Shown: positions 10,847 to 20,789 of the stretch, piece by piece
How positions within the stretch are numbered: the first letter of the stretch is position 1
Layout: each line of letters begins with the position of its first letter
Assembly (NCBI GenBank): GCA_963737655.1
Contig: CAVTTN010000002.1
Location: 4,992,001 to 5,056,000 of the forward strand
From: an uncultured Planctomycetota bacterium
Lineage (GTDB): Bacteria > Planctomycetota > Planctomycetia > Isosphaerales > Isosphaeraceae
Direction of reading: 5' to 3'
Length of the DNA: 64,000 nucleotides
The notes under the pieces: generated by a model
Told to the model about the DNA's origin: nothing
Databases searched by the model: none
What the model saw: only the letters and a program-made list of their open reading frames with translations
Made by a program: the position numbers and the translations under genes

Positions 10847-11785
10847 ATGCGTCGTGCTCGTCTCTTGCTGTCCGTCGGGCTCGCCTTGCTCTGGACGTGG
10901 GCCGCCCCGGCGCGGGCCGACTTCCTTTACGTCTCGCGGGACGACGGCACGATCACGCGGATCGACACCGCGACGAAGGCCGAGACGACCTTCGCCAGCA
11001 CCGGGCTGACGGGGCTTCAGGGCCTGGCGTTCGACGCCTCGGGCAACCTCTACGCCGCCAACTTCAACGGCAACACGATCGAGAAGTTCACGCCGGGGGG
11101 CGTCGAGAGCACCTTCGCCCACGCCGGGCTGGGCGCGCCCACCGGCCTGGCGTTCGACGCCTCGGGCAACCTGTACGTGGCCAACCAGAATAGCAACACG
11201 ATCGAGAGGATCACGCCGGGGGGCGTCCCCAGCACCTTCGCCCACGCCGGTCTGGGCTCTCCCCAGAGCGTGACGGGCCTGGCGTTCGACGGCTCGGGCA
11301 ACCTGTACGTCGCGATCCTCACGGCGAGCGCGATCGAGAAGATCACCCCGGGGGGCGTCGTCAGCACCTTCGCCAGCACCGGGCTGAGCTTTCCTCAGGG
11401 CCTGGCGTTCGACGGCTCGGGCAACCTGTACGCCGCCAACAGCACAAGCAGCTCGATCGAGACGATCACGCCGGGGGGCGTCCCCAGCACCTTCGCCCAC
11501 CTCGGGCTGAACGCGCCCCGGGGCCTGGCGTTCGACAGCCTGGGCAACCTGTTCGTGGCCGACCCCGGCAATAACACGATCGAGAAGATCACGCCGGGAG
11601 GCGTCGTCAGCACGTTCGAGACGGGGGTGGCGGGTTCCAGGCCCCAATTCCTCGCGTTCCAGCCCCGGTCCGTGCCCGAGCCGTCGGCCCTGGCTCTGCT
11701 GGGCGTCGGCGGCCTGGCGCTGCTGGCCCACGCCCGACGCAATCGCCGCTCGTCGCCTCGGCCGTCCGAGGCCCCGGGGGTTTGA
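10847..11785 (+). CDS. Secreted NHL-repeat (beta-propeller-like) protein with PEP-CTERM sorting signal
   Basis: Signal peptide ending APARA-D; five GLAFDxSGNLYxA..IEKITPGG repeats; VPEPSALALLGVGGLALLAHARRNRR. Confidence 0.9.
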   Translation: MRRARLLLSVGLALLWTWAAPARADFLYVSRDDGTITRIDTATKAETTFASTGLTGLQGLAFDASGNLYAANFNGNTIEKFTPGGVESTFAHAGLGAPTGLAFDASGNLYVANQNSNTIERITPGGVPSTFAHAGLGSPQSVTGLAFDGSGNLYVAILTASAIEKITPGGVVSTFASTGLSFPQGLAFDGSGNLYAANSTSSSIETITPGGVPSTFAHLGLNAPRGLAFDSLGNLFVADPGNNTIEKITPGGVVSTFETGVAGSRPQFLAFQPRSVPEPSALALLGVGGLALLAHARRNRRSSPRPSEAPGV

Positions 11786-11845
11786 CACGACCCGTCCGCG
11801 CCGCGACACTACGGGCGATCCGCTCTCTTCACCGAGGACGCCGCC

Positions 11846-12769
11846 ATGATCCGCACCCTCTCCGCCTTGATCGGGGCCTCGCTGCTGATCCCTGCACTCG
11901 CCCCGGCCGACGAGCCGCCGACCGTCCCCCTCTGGCCGGCGAATTACGTGACCATCAAGGGCACGGACAAGGGGGACGCCTTCCACTCGGGCGACGTCCC
12001 CACCATCACCGTGTATCTCGCGCCCAAGGAGAAGGCCACCGGCGCGGCCATCCTGATCTGCCCCGGAGGCGGCTACGGCTTCCTCGCCACCGAGCATGAG
12101 GGGAAGGCCGTGGCCGATTGGCTGAACTCGATCGGCGTGGCCGGCGTCGTCCTCAAGTACCGGATCGCCCCCAAATATCAGCATCCGGCCCCCCTCGATG
12201 ACGCCCGGCGCGCGATCCGGATGGTCCGGTGGAAGTCGAAGGAGTGGGGGCTCGACCCGAACCGGGTGGGCGTCCTCGGGTTCTCGGCCGGAGGCCACCT
12301 CGCCTCCACGCTCTCGACCCACTGGCGAGACGCCCACCCCTCCCCCGGCGACGCCATCAACGGATTCACCGAGAGGCCCGATGTCTCGATCTTGATCTAT
12401 CCCGTGATCGCCATCGGGACGCCCCAAGGCCATGCGGGGTCTCGCGACAACCTGCTCGGCAAGGACGCGCCGAAGGACCTCGTGATGAGCCTCTCGAACG
12501 AGACGCAGGTCAACGCCCAGACCCCGCCGACGTTCCTCGCCCACACCCTGGCCGACGACGGCGTCCCGGTCGAGAATAGCCTGCTCTACGCGGCGGCCCT
12601 GAGGAAGCACAAGGTGCCGTTCGAGCTCCACGTCTTCCAGAACGGCCCCCACGGGCTGGGCCTGGGCACCGGCTGGGAAGGCCACATCCCGCCCGACCCC
12701 GCGTTCCAGGCGTGGCCGGGGCTCTGCGCCTCGTGGCTGAAGCTCCACGGGTTCCTGGACAAGAAGTGA
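11846..12769 (+). CDS. Secreted alpha/beta hydrolase (acetylxylan/feruloyl esterase-like)
   Basis: Signal peptide, ICPGGGY, GFSAGGHLA nucleophile elbow, DDGVP, GPHGLG. Confidence 0.9.
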   Translation: MIRTLSALIGASLLIPALAPADEPPTVPLWPANYVTIKGTDKGDAFHSGDVPTITVYLAPKEKATGAAILICPGGGYGFLATEHEGKAVADWLNSIGVAGVVLKYRIAPKYQHPAPLDDARRAIRMVRWKSKEWGLDPNRVGVLGFSAGGHLASTLSTHWRDAHPSPGDAINGFTERPDVSILIYPVIAIGTPQGHAGSRDNLLGKDAPKDLVMSLSNETQVNAQTPPTFLAHTLADDGVPVENSLLYAAALRKHKVPFELHVFQNGPHGLGLGTGWEGHIPPDPAFQAWPGLCASWLKLHGFLDKK

Positions 12770-12783
12770 TCGGAAGGCGCTTC

Positions 12784-12919
12784 CTCTGTAGAAAACCCGG
12801 GATGGAGAGGAATCGAGTCGGTCCGACTTCAATCGGGCCTGCAAAAAGGTCTTGTCTTGTAGGCCCGACTGAAGTCGGACCGACTCGATTCCTCATTCTC
12901 AACGGGGTTTTCTGCAGAG
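12784..12919. repeat. Long imperfect inverted repeat containing a second GTAG-type REP (GTAGGCCCGACTGAAGTCGGACC)
   Basis: Inner arms 12807-12844/12857-12894, outer arms 12784-12798/12905-12919. Confidence 0.8.
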
Positions 12920-12945
12920 CTGAAGGCGCTGCTCTCTCGATTCGA

Positions 12946-13048
12946 GTCACGGCCGGGTGGCATGCTTACGTCTCCGTAAGCATGTTTTCGTGGAGTGTTT
13001 GATCGAAGACATGCTTACGGAGACGTGAACATGCCACCCGGCCGTGAC
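12946..13048. repeat. GGGTGGCATG-family palindromic doublet
   Basis: GTCACGGCCGGGTGGCATGCTTACGTCTCCGTAAGCATG...CATGCCACCCGGCCGTGAC. Confidence 0.9.
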
Positions 13049-13169
13049 GATCAGGAAGACTGGGCGGCCTGCGTCAACTCTCGCGATCGGCACCGAAGCT
13101 CGTTCATGAAGTTGTCGCATCACTTCCTGGAAGCGTCAAACATCTGCAAGGGTGCCGCGCCGGGAAGTT

Positions 13170-13489
13170 GACTACACTTTACGTTGCAAAGTGGCGAAAT
13201 GGGCGGGAATCAGGCTGGATTGTCGCGCGCAACGACTCGTGCGCGAGCAAGAATGCTCATGTTAACAATATTCGAGTTGAAAATCGCAAATCCTGTCTCT
13301 CTTCGGGGATGCGGCGACTCGTCCCGCGACCCGCCGGGCTCGAAATCCGCGAGAAAGCGCGGTCACTTCGGCGGCCCGCGAGTCATCCACGATTTCACAA
13401 TCCCAGGAATTATGATGTCTGGAATTGGCTCATGAGAGCTTCGCGGCCGGCGGATTGGGTGATCGTGGAGGCCCCGGCTCGCGATGATC
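13170..13489 (+). other. Conserved multi-motif intergenic element, copy A (candidate ncRNA or DNA site)
   Basis: Collinear motif blocks shared with 62648-62954 on the minus strand (see findings); function unknown. Confidence 0.65.
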
Positions 13490-13711
13490 CGTGATGGGCG
13501 TGGGGCGTTTCTGGGTGGCCCGCGGTCTGAGGATCGCGAGCTTTGCGGTCGCGCGTCCCGGGGGAAAAAATTGGGAGAGATGGGCCCTTCCGCTGGCCGT
13601 GAAGGTGCGTCATAATCCAGGGTCAAGGTGACTGGGGGCCGTCCGGGTCCGGGATCGTGGTGGATCTCGGGCCGTCCTTGGCGGCCGACGCTTTCATGGG
13701 GATTCCCCTCG

Positions 13712-14856
13712 ATGAGAAGGCCGAACGCGGGGTGGGCCCTGATCGCCTCGGCGATTTTTGGGCTGGGCTTGTCGGGCTGTGGCGGCGGGGCGTCGGAGAA
13801 GAAGACGGACGAGGCGGAGGTGGCGTCGTCGGAGGAATCGGCCCCGGCCGAGGAAGCCTCGGCCCCGGAGGCCGCGGCGCCGGCCCCGGCACCCGCCCCC
13901 GCCGCCCCGGCCCCTCCGAAGGACTCGGGGACCGACGAGATGCTGGCCCTCTCCGGGGGGACGACGCCTCCGGCCAACGGGGCGGCCGCGCCCCCGGCCA
14001 ATAACGCCCAGTTCCCGTCCGGGGTGAACTTCGCCCAGGGCAACGCCGGGGGCGGCGCCCCGAGCGGAGGGGCCGGCGCCCCGAGCGGAGGGGGCGGCCT
14101 TTTGGGCGGAGGGGCCGGCGCCCCGGGCGGAGGGTCGGGCGGCTCGGCCTCGGCCCCCGGGGCGGGCGGAGGGGGCAACGGCAGCAACCCGTTCGGGGCC
14201 AACTACCCCGGCGCCGGCGGCAAGAATGGCCCCGGAGGCCCCGGACAGAATAGCGGCGGCCCGACCATGGCCGGCGGCGCGATGGGCAAGATGGCCCCGG
14301 GCGGCCCGAACATGGCCGGAGGCGCCATGGGCAAGATGGTCCCGGAGCCCCCGGCGGCATGCCCTCGGGCGACCAGCGCAAGGGCGGGGGCGGCATGGCC
14401 GGCCTGGACGACGCCCCCGGCGGCGGAGGCATGATGGGAGGCGCCGGAGGGGGTTCGGACAAGGACGACGACTTCTCCACCGCCTTCAAGGGGGCCGAGA
14501 GCTTCCTCAACGCCCTCAAGAAGAAGGACCCCGAGAAGCTCGCCGCCACCATCGCCAAGCACGCCGAGTACGAGGCCAAGGAATCGCACCGCGAGATGTT
14601 CAAGAACATCGCGTTGCAGTCCGCCTCGGGCTCCGAGATCGACGAACTCGCCCGGGCCGTGAGCGGGATGAAGGTCATGGATTCCAACGTCCGCAAGAGC
14701 TCGGGCACCTGGGGGATCATCGTCGGCAAGCAGGACTCTCACGAGCGGACCACGCGGACCTTGCTGATGAGGCATGAGAAGGACGGCTGGAAGGTCCAGG
14801 ACGTCGGCCCGGAGAAGGTCCTCAAGATCGGCCCGCCCCCGGCCAAGAAGAAGTGA
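13712..14856 (+). CDS. Gly/Pro/Ala-rich lipoprotein with globular C-terminal domain; frameshift near 14345
   Basis: MRRPNAGWALIASAIFGLGLSG-C lipobox; Gly-rich text continues in ORF 14359..14856. Confidence 0.75.
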
Positions 14857-14911
14857 CCACGATCGGGGCGTCTGTGTAACTTCTTCCGCGTCGATCCTTG
14901 AAAAAATTACC

Positions 14912-14949
14912 CGACCCCGGCGACAAAACCGCGCCGGGGTCGTTTTTTT
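14912..14949 (+). terminator. Rho-independent terminator
   Basis: CGACCCCGGCG/CGCCGGGGTCG stem followed by T7. Confidence 0.85.
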
Positions 14950-15113
14950 CCTCAAGATCCCCGCGGGATCGGCCGGGCCCGGCCCGGCGACGGCCCCTTG
15001 GCCCGCAATCTGCATTGCCGAGGGGCAAGACCTCGCGAAGGATCGCGACGGGCCGAAGCCGACCGCCCCGCCCTCTCGGCACCGAGGGGCGGGCCCAAGG
15101 AGGGAGAACAGGG

Positions 15114-15434
15114 ATGGACACGATCGTTCCGCCGTGCGTGGTCTTGGAAGCCTTCGTGGTCGCCTGCCAGGTCCTGGGGGTCGCGACGCTCTGCCTCTGG
15201 AGGCTGTTCCCGGGCACGCGATGGTCGGTCCGGGGCCGCGCCGGGTTCGTCGTGGCCTTGATCGGCCTGGGGATCGGCGGGGCGCTGTGCGGCCGCGAGG
15301 ACTCGGAGTTCGCCCTGTTTGCCGGCACCACGATGACGGCCCTCCTGATCGGCATGATCATGGGCGGCGGATCGATCGATCTGGCCGGCTCGACCCGCCA
15401 TCCCGGGACGGCGGAGGCGCGGCTGGCGGCCTGA
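15114..15434 (+). CDS. Small 3-TM hypothetical membrane protein
   Basis: GGAG-rich RBS before ATG 15114; three hydrophobic segments; followed by a terminator. Confidence 0.7.
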   Translation: MDTIVPPCVVLEAFVVACQVLGVATLCLWRLFPGTRWSVRGRAGFVVALIGLGIGGALCGREDSEFALFAGTTMTALLIGMIMGGGSIDLAGSTRHPGTAEARLAA

Positions 15435-15474
15435 TTTTTTTCGGGACGCAAGGTCTTTGGGACCAACGACTTCG

Positions 15475-15509
15475 ACGGCCGGGGCCCGGGGGCCTCGGCC
15501 GTTTTTTTT
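15475..15509 (+). terminator. Rho-independent terminator
   Basis: ACGGCCGGGGCCC/GGGCCTCGGCCGT stem plus T-run. Confidence 0.8.
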
Positions 15510-15722
15510 GGCGTCGGTTTGACGGCCCAATTTCCGTGGTCCATAGTTCGGCCGTCGGCCCGGGGACGGGTCGGCCGGCACGGATGCGAAGCCCCTCGTG
15601 CGATCCGCTCCCACCCGCCGGCCGGGCGTCTCGGGCCCCGGTTTCCGCCGACTCCGGACGGTGCGACCCGCTCGCCGTCCGGTCCCGGTCGTGTCGGCTC
15701 CTGGCGGGAGAAGGATAATCCC

Positions 15723-16574
15723 ATGATGGTCTCTCGGAAACGGATTTCGGCGGCCCTCGGCCTGCTGATCGCGGCGGCCTCCGCGCCGGCGATGGCCCAG
15801 AACATCGCCCCCGGCCCGAACCAGGTCACGGCCGACGCGATCGCCGCGTCGCTCAAGGCCCACCCCGGCCTCAGCCGGTCCCGGATCGCGATCGAGACCC
15901 GGGGCGGGACGGCCCTGCTGGTCGGCACCGTGGCCAGCCCCGCGCTCCGGGCCGAGGCCCTGAACCGCGCCCAGAGCACCCCGGGCGTCGTCTCGGTCGT
16001 CGATCGGCTCCGCATCGTCGGCGATTCGAGGGTCATCCCGGCCCAGTTCCAGCCGGGCCAGCCCGCCCAGATGATGGGCGGCCAGCCCAGCCAGATGATG
16101 ATGGGCGGCCAGCCGAGCCAGATGATGGGCGGCCAGCCGAGCCAGGTGGCGATGGGAGGCGGCGGCCTGTTCCATCACAACCAGGGCGGCGGCTACGCGG
16201 CCGGTCCGGCGATGGGCGAAGAGGTCGTCTCGGGCGGGATGACCGGCGGGTCGATGGTCCCCTCCTATGACGGGCCGATGCCCGAGGGTCCGGCGGGCAA
16301 CTCCGGGCCTCTCCAGGCATCCAACCCGGGCATGCCGAACTATGCCTGGCCCAGCTATGCCCCGTATCCCAACGCCTCGGCCGTGGGTTACCCGACGGTC
16401 TACCCCTGGCAGGCCTGGCCGAACATCGGGCCGTTCTACCCCTACCCCGAAGTGCCCCTGGACTGGAGGGCCGTGACCCTCCGCTGGGACGACGGGATCT
16501 GGTGGCTGGACTTCCGCAAGCACTACACCCGTCCGTTCTTCACGCCGTATCCGTTCGGGCTCTTCGCCTACTGA
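15723..16574 (+). CDS. Secreted BON-domain protein with Gln/Met/Gly repeats and aromatic Tyr/Pro/Trp-rich C-terminal domain
   Basis: Signal peptide; IAIETRGGTALLVGTV..ALNRAQSTPGVVSVVDRL (BON); QPSQMMGG repeats; WPNIGPFYPYP..WDDGIWWLDF. Confidence 0.85.
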   Translation: MMVSRKRISAALGLLIAAASAPAMAQNIAPGPNQVTADAIAASLKAHPGLSRSRIAIETRGGTALLVGTVASPALRAEALNRAQSTPGVVSVVDRLRIVGDSRVIPAQFQPGQPAQMMGGQPSQMMMGGQPSQMMGGQPSQVAMGGGGLFHHNQGGGYAAGPAMGEEVVSGGMTGGSMVPSYDGPMPEGPAGNSGPLQASNPGMPNYAWPSYAPYPNASAVGYPTVYPWQAWPNIGPFYPYPEVPLDWRAVTLRWDDGIWWLDFRKHYTRPFFTPYPFGLFAY

Positions 16575-16609
16575 GACACCGCCCGCGGATCGGGACCGAA
16601 GCAGGCGTC

Positions 16610-16658
16610 GCCGACGGGGGTCGGGGGGAATCGCTCCCTCCGGCCCCCTCGGCTTTTT
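16610..16658 (+). terminator. Rho-independent terminator
   Basis: GC-rich stem GCCGACGGGGGTCGGGGGG/CCCTCCGGCCCCCTCGGC followed by T5. Confidence 0.65.
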
Positions 16659-16913
16659 GGCCCTGGGACGGAGCCGGGAGGCGGGGGGCGGCGGGGTCGT
16701 ATATCGATTCCAGACCGATCCGTCGGGAAATTCCTCACAGCCCGGGGCTTCCCCAGACGATACTCACACCACGAAACCGCTCAACGTTCGCCCAGAGAGG
16801 GCGTGGTCTGGTGCGGTCAGGAGACGAACTCCGGCGCGGTTTGGCGGTGATGTCGGAGGGGCCGGAGCGCCCCTGCGGCCGGCTCGCGCTCGATCCAAGG
16901 AGGGGATTTGACC

Positions 16914-17519
16914 ATGACCCGTTCCGCGCGGCATCGAGGCCCGCTCACCCCGCGCTGGGTTCGCGGCCTCCTGGCGGGGGTCCTGCTCGCCGGCATTTCG
17001 ACCGGGGCCACCGGCTGCGGCCTGTCGTATGTGTTCCGCAATATCTCGCCTCTCCACGTCACCGGATGGTCGTTCGCCTGGCCGATCCTCCCCTCCCAGC
17101 AGCAGAGGCTGGAAGAGGACATCAAGCGGGAGAAGAGGGACCGCGTCCCGATCCTCGACCCGATCCCCGGCGAATTCGCCCCGCCGACCTGCCTCGACCC
17201 GCCCAACGAGCAGGAAGTCTGGGACATGGTCCCCAAGTTCAAGAATGGATGCCCTCCGTTCTATGAGACCCAGAGGAATAACGTCCGATTCCTGATCGAG
17301 AAGATCGGCGACAAGATCGATCCGCCGAAGATTTACCCGCTGGCCGGGGCCTGCCAGCTCGTCCACTGCCACTACAAGTGCACGGTGTATTACGACGAGC
17401 TGTACTGGGCGGACTACCCGATCCCGTTCCATCACCTGGACCACCGGGTCGAGGTGATCTACATGGACAAGGACCACCTCCGCCGAGTGGGTGGCCCGCC
17501 GGTCTCGACGATCCAGTAA
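16914..17519 (+). CDS. Putative lipoprotein, planctomycete-type hypothetical
   Basis: AGGAGG RBS, signal with GATG-C lipobox, complex natural-looking composition, strong GC3 bias. Confidence 0.8.
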   Translation: MTRSARHRGPLTPRWVRGLLAGVLLAGISTGATGCGLSYVFRNISPLHVTGWSFAWPILPSQQQRLEEDIKREKRDRVPILDPIPGEFAPPTCLDPPNEQEVWDMVPKFKNGCPPFYETQRNNVRFLIEKIGDKIDPPKIYPLAGACQLVHCHYKCTVYYDELYWADYPIPFHHLDHRVEVIYMDKDHLRRVGGPPVSTIQ

Positions 17520-17719
17520 CGCCCCGAATCCGTCCCCTCTCCGAACCCCTCTCGCCCGCCGATCGGCCCCGTCTCGGGACGATCCGGCGGGCGAGAGGCG
17601 TTTCGGGCCCGCCGGAACGCCGTCTTTCGCCAATTTTCGTCCCCTTCGGCCCTCCGATGCGATATACCGGAAGGGACGATGCCGAGCCCTCGCGACGCCA
17701 GCCGACCGAGAATTCGCCG

Positions 17720-20700
17720 ATGCCGAGCACCACCCTGCCCGAGGATGACCCCTTCCTCCAGCCAACCGAGCCCGACCCGTCGCTCCACGACGAGCCGACC
17801 GTGTTGCCCGGGGTCGCGATCCACGACGAGGCCACGCTCCCTCCTCGGGCCGATGGGGTCCATGACCAGGCGACCCTCCTCGGGGGCGAATCGCCCTCGT
17901 CCGCCTCGCGGACTCGCACCTACGTCAAGAAAAAAGGGCCGATGGGGCCGTCCGACCTCACGCTCTCCTACGTCGTCTCCCGGTCCGGCGCGGCGATCCA
18001 CTATGACGAATCGGCCATCTCCGACGCCTTCACCCCCGGAGGCGTCCTCCAGAATCGGTATCTCCTGGAAAAAGAGCCTCGGCCGGGGCGGGATGGGCCT
18101 GGTCTATCTCGGCAAGGATCGCCGGCTCGAGCGCCCGGTGGCCGTCAAGATCATCCTCCCCCAGGGCTCGGCCGACGAGCGCAAGGAGGCGGTCCTCCGC
18201 GAGTCGTTCGCCGACGAGGCCCGGATCGGCGCCAGCCTGACGCACCCGGCGATCGCCACGGTCTTCGACTACGGGTTCCACGACGGCTCGCCGTTCACCG
18301 TCTTCGAGTTCATCCCGGGCGAGACCCTCCGCGACCTGATGACCCGGAGGAAGCGGCTGGAGCTGGACGAGGTCCGCCTGATCGTCAGCGCCCTGGCCCA
18401 GGCGTTGGACTTCGCCCACTCCCGCCACGTCGTCCATCGCGACTTGAAGCCGGAGAACATCCGGGCGACCGAGCAGGGGCAGTTCAAGGTGCTCGACCTC
18501 GGGCTGGCCAAGGACTTCCACCGCCAGGAGGACTGGTCGTTCTGCGGGACGCCCGCCTACGCCAGCCCCGAGCAGGCCGGCGGACTCCCCTGCGACGGCC
18601 GGACCGACCAGTATGCCCTGGCCGTGATCGCCTTCGAGCTCCTGACCGGCCGCCGGCCGTTCGAGAGCAAGGACTGGCTGACCCTCCTCGAGAAGCACGC
18701 GACCGAGCCCCCGCCTTCGCCCATCTCGATCCGGGCCGACCTGCCCGACGCCATCGGCAAGGCCGTCCTCCGCGCCCTGAGCAAGGACCCGAACGATCGC
18801 TTCGCCACCTGCGAGGAATTCGCCGTCGCCCTGGGCGGTTATTTCCTCTCGGCGCCGGCCCCCCTGCCGGACGTCCTCCGGGAGGCCCCGGGCCGCTGGT
18901 TGGCGGGCCCCTTGAGGACCTATCGCCAGTCCTTCAACCCGATCCGGACGAGGATCCACCTGCTGCTGACCCCGGCCGATTTCTGGGTCTGGCATCAGTC
19001 CTCGATCACGAGGATCCCGCTCGGGGCGATCCGCGAGTGCCGCCGTCGGCGGTTCTCGAAGACCCTGAAGCTCCAGGTCGCCACGAAGAAGGGGATCAAG
19101 ACGCAGAAAATCCGCATGAAATCGCGGAAGGAATGCCGAGCCTGGGCCGAGAGGCTGGCCGCCCTGCTGAACGAGACCAAGCCGGACGACTCGGCCGTGA
19201 TCGGCGAGACCCGGAACGAGCCGGTCGTGCTCCTGCCGAGCCGCCCGGTGGCCCGGTTCCAGCTCCTCGGGCCGGTGGAGGCCCGGGGGCGGAAGTCGTG
19301 GAGCATCCGCGCCGGCCTGCAAATCCGGGCGGCGATGATCGGGGCCGACGCCGTGGTGGACGTCCGCGAGGAGAGGCTCTCCGGCTTCATCCGCACCGAA
19401 CGCCGGGTCGCCGGGATGGCGCTGAAGGCCGTCGATGGCGACGGCCGGGCCGAGTTGAAGCTCCGGTGGTTCGACGGCGAGGCGAAGCGGCTCGGGGCCT
19501 GGCTGGCGCTGCTCACCGGGTTCATGGCGTTCTATGGCGTCACCGTCTTCCTGGTGACCCTGTTCCAGCAGTGGCTGCCGGGCACGGCGACCTACTCCTC
19601 GGTCGAGGCCACGGCCGGGACGCTCTACCTCGACCCCGGGACGTACTCGTTGCTGGTGAACGTCTGGCCGTTCCTGGGCGTCCTGGGCCTGTGGATCACC
19701 CGATGGCCCCAGATGGCCCGGCCGGCGGCGCTGGCGAGCTTCGGGCTGGGGCTGAGGAGCCTGCTCGGCCTGGCGCTGATCGCGATCTCGCCGATCGTCC
19801 AGATCATGGCCGCGATCCGTTCGGCCGGCGGCCTGGGCGGGCTCCTCTCCAGCCCGGCGAGCCTCTGGATGCTGGTCACGAACCTGGGGCTCATCGGCCT
19901 GGTGATGGCCATCGGCTTCGCGGTCAGCTTCGGCTACATCTATTTGACGATGTCGCTGGGCCGCCGGGCCTGGAGGGCGGAGGCCGAGCTCCGGGCCTCC
20001 GCGCCGGAGTCCCCGGCCAGGGCGCCGGCCCACCGCAAGGTGGCCGGGGCCATCGCCCTGATCGCGACCCTCCTTTGCGTCCTGGCCTCGGCCTGGTCGG
20101 AGCTCTACACCTTCGTCATCACCCTGCAAGCTCAGGTCGAAGGCACGCCCGCCCCCCCTCGCCAGGCCCGGAACGGACCGAGCATGACTGTCTCGACGAG
20201 TCCGCCGGTCGCCCCCCCGGCAAACGCCCGGTTCGGCACCCCCACGCCGCCCCGACCCGCACCGGCCCCCCCGCCTCCGGCCGACCCGAACGACCCGGTC
20301 GTCGCCCTCCGCCAGAAGCTCCGGGCGGCCCAAGCCTCGCTTCAGACGGACCCGACCGACGCCTCCGCCAACGAGGCGCTGGGCAAGGCGGCCCGAGACC
20401 TCGTCCGGGCCCTCCTGGCGAACCCGGATCGACCGCCCGACCCCGCGCCCCCTCTGGCGGAGGCGTGGACCTCCGCATTGACCGCCCTGGAATACCGGCC
20501 CGAAGACGCCGAGCTCCGCCGCCTGATGGGCCTGGCCCAGGTCCGCCAGGGGCTCGGCTTCATGGGGATCGTCCCTCTGGAGGTCGCCCGGGCCAAGCTG
20601 GGGGACGACCCCGAGTCCGACCTCTGGCTCGCGATGGCTTACGCCAAGTCGAGGCAGATGGATCGGGCCCGGAAGGCCCTCCAACGAGCCTCCGAGGCGC

Positions 20701-20789
20701 TGGCCGCCGGGCCTGCCGAGAAGGCGGAGGCCCTGAAGGCCCTGAAGGCGAACGCCGAGAAGGCCGTCGGCCCGGGGACTCCGCCATGA
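17720..20789 (+). CDS. Multidomain Ser/Thr kinase (kinase, cytoplasmic domains, multi-TM, Pro linker, TPR-like); frameshift near 18075
   Basis: MPSTTLPEDD..NRYLLEK in one frame, then LGRGGMGLVY, VAVK, HRDLKPEN, DLG, GTPAYASPEQ in ORF 17679..20789. Confidence 0.88.

Noticed and set aside
13168..13494. 108-aa ORF sharing TTL/ARNDSCA/GLE with a frame at 62.6-63.0 kb as a protein family
   Set aside because: Identity is at nucleotide level including third positions, linkers are unrelated in amino acids, codon use is atypical and a 13-nt indel breaks the shared frame. Two synonymous-looking changes mean a decayed coding origin is not fully excluded.
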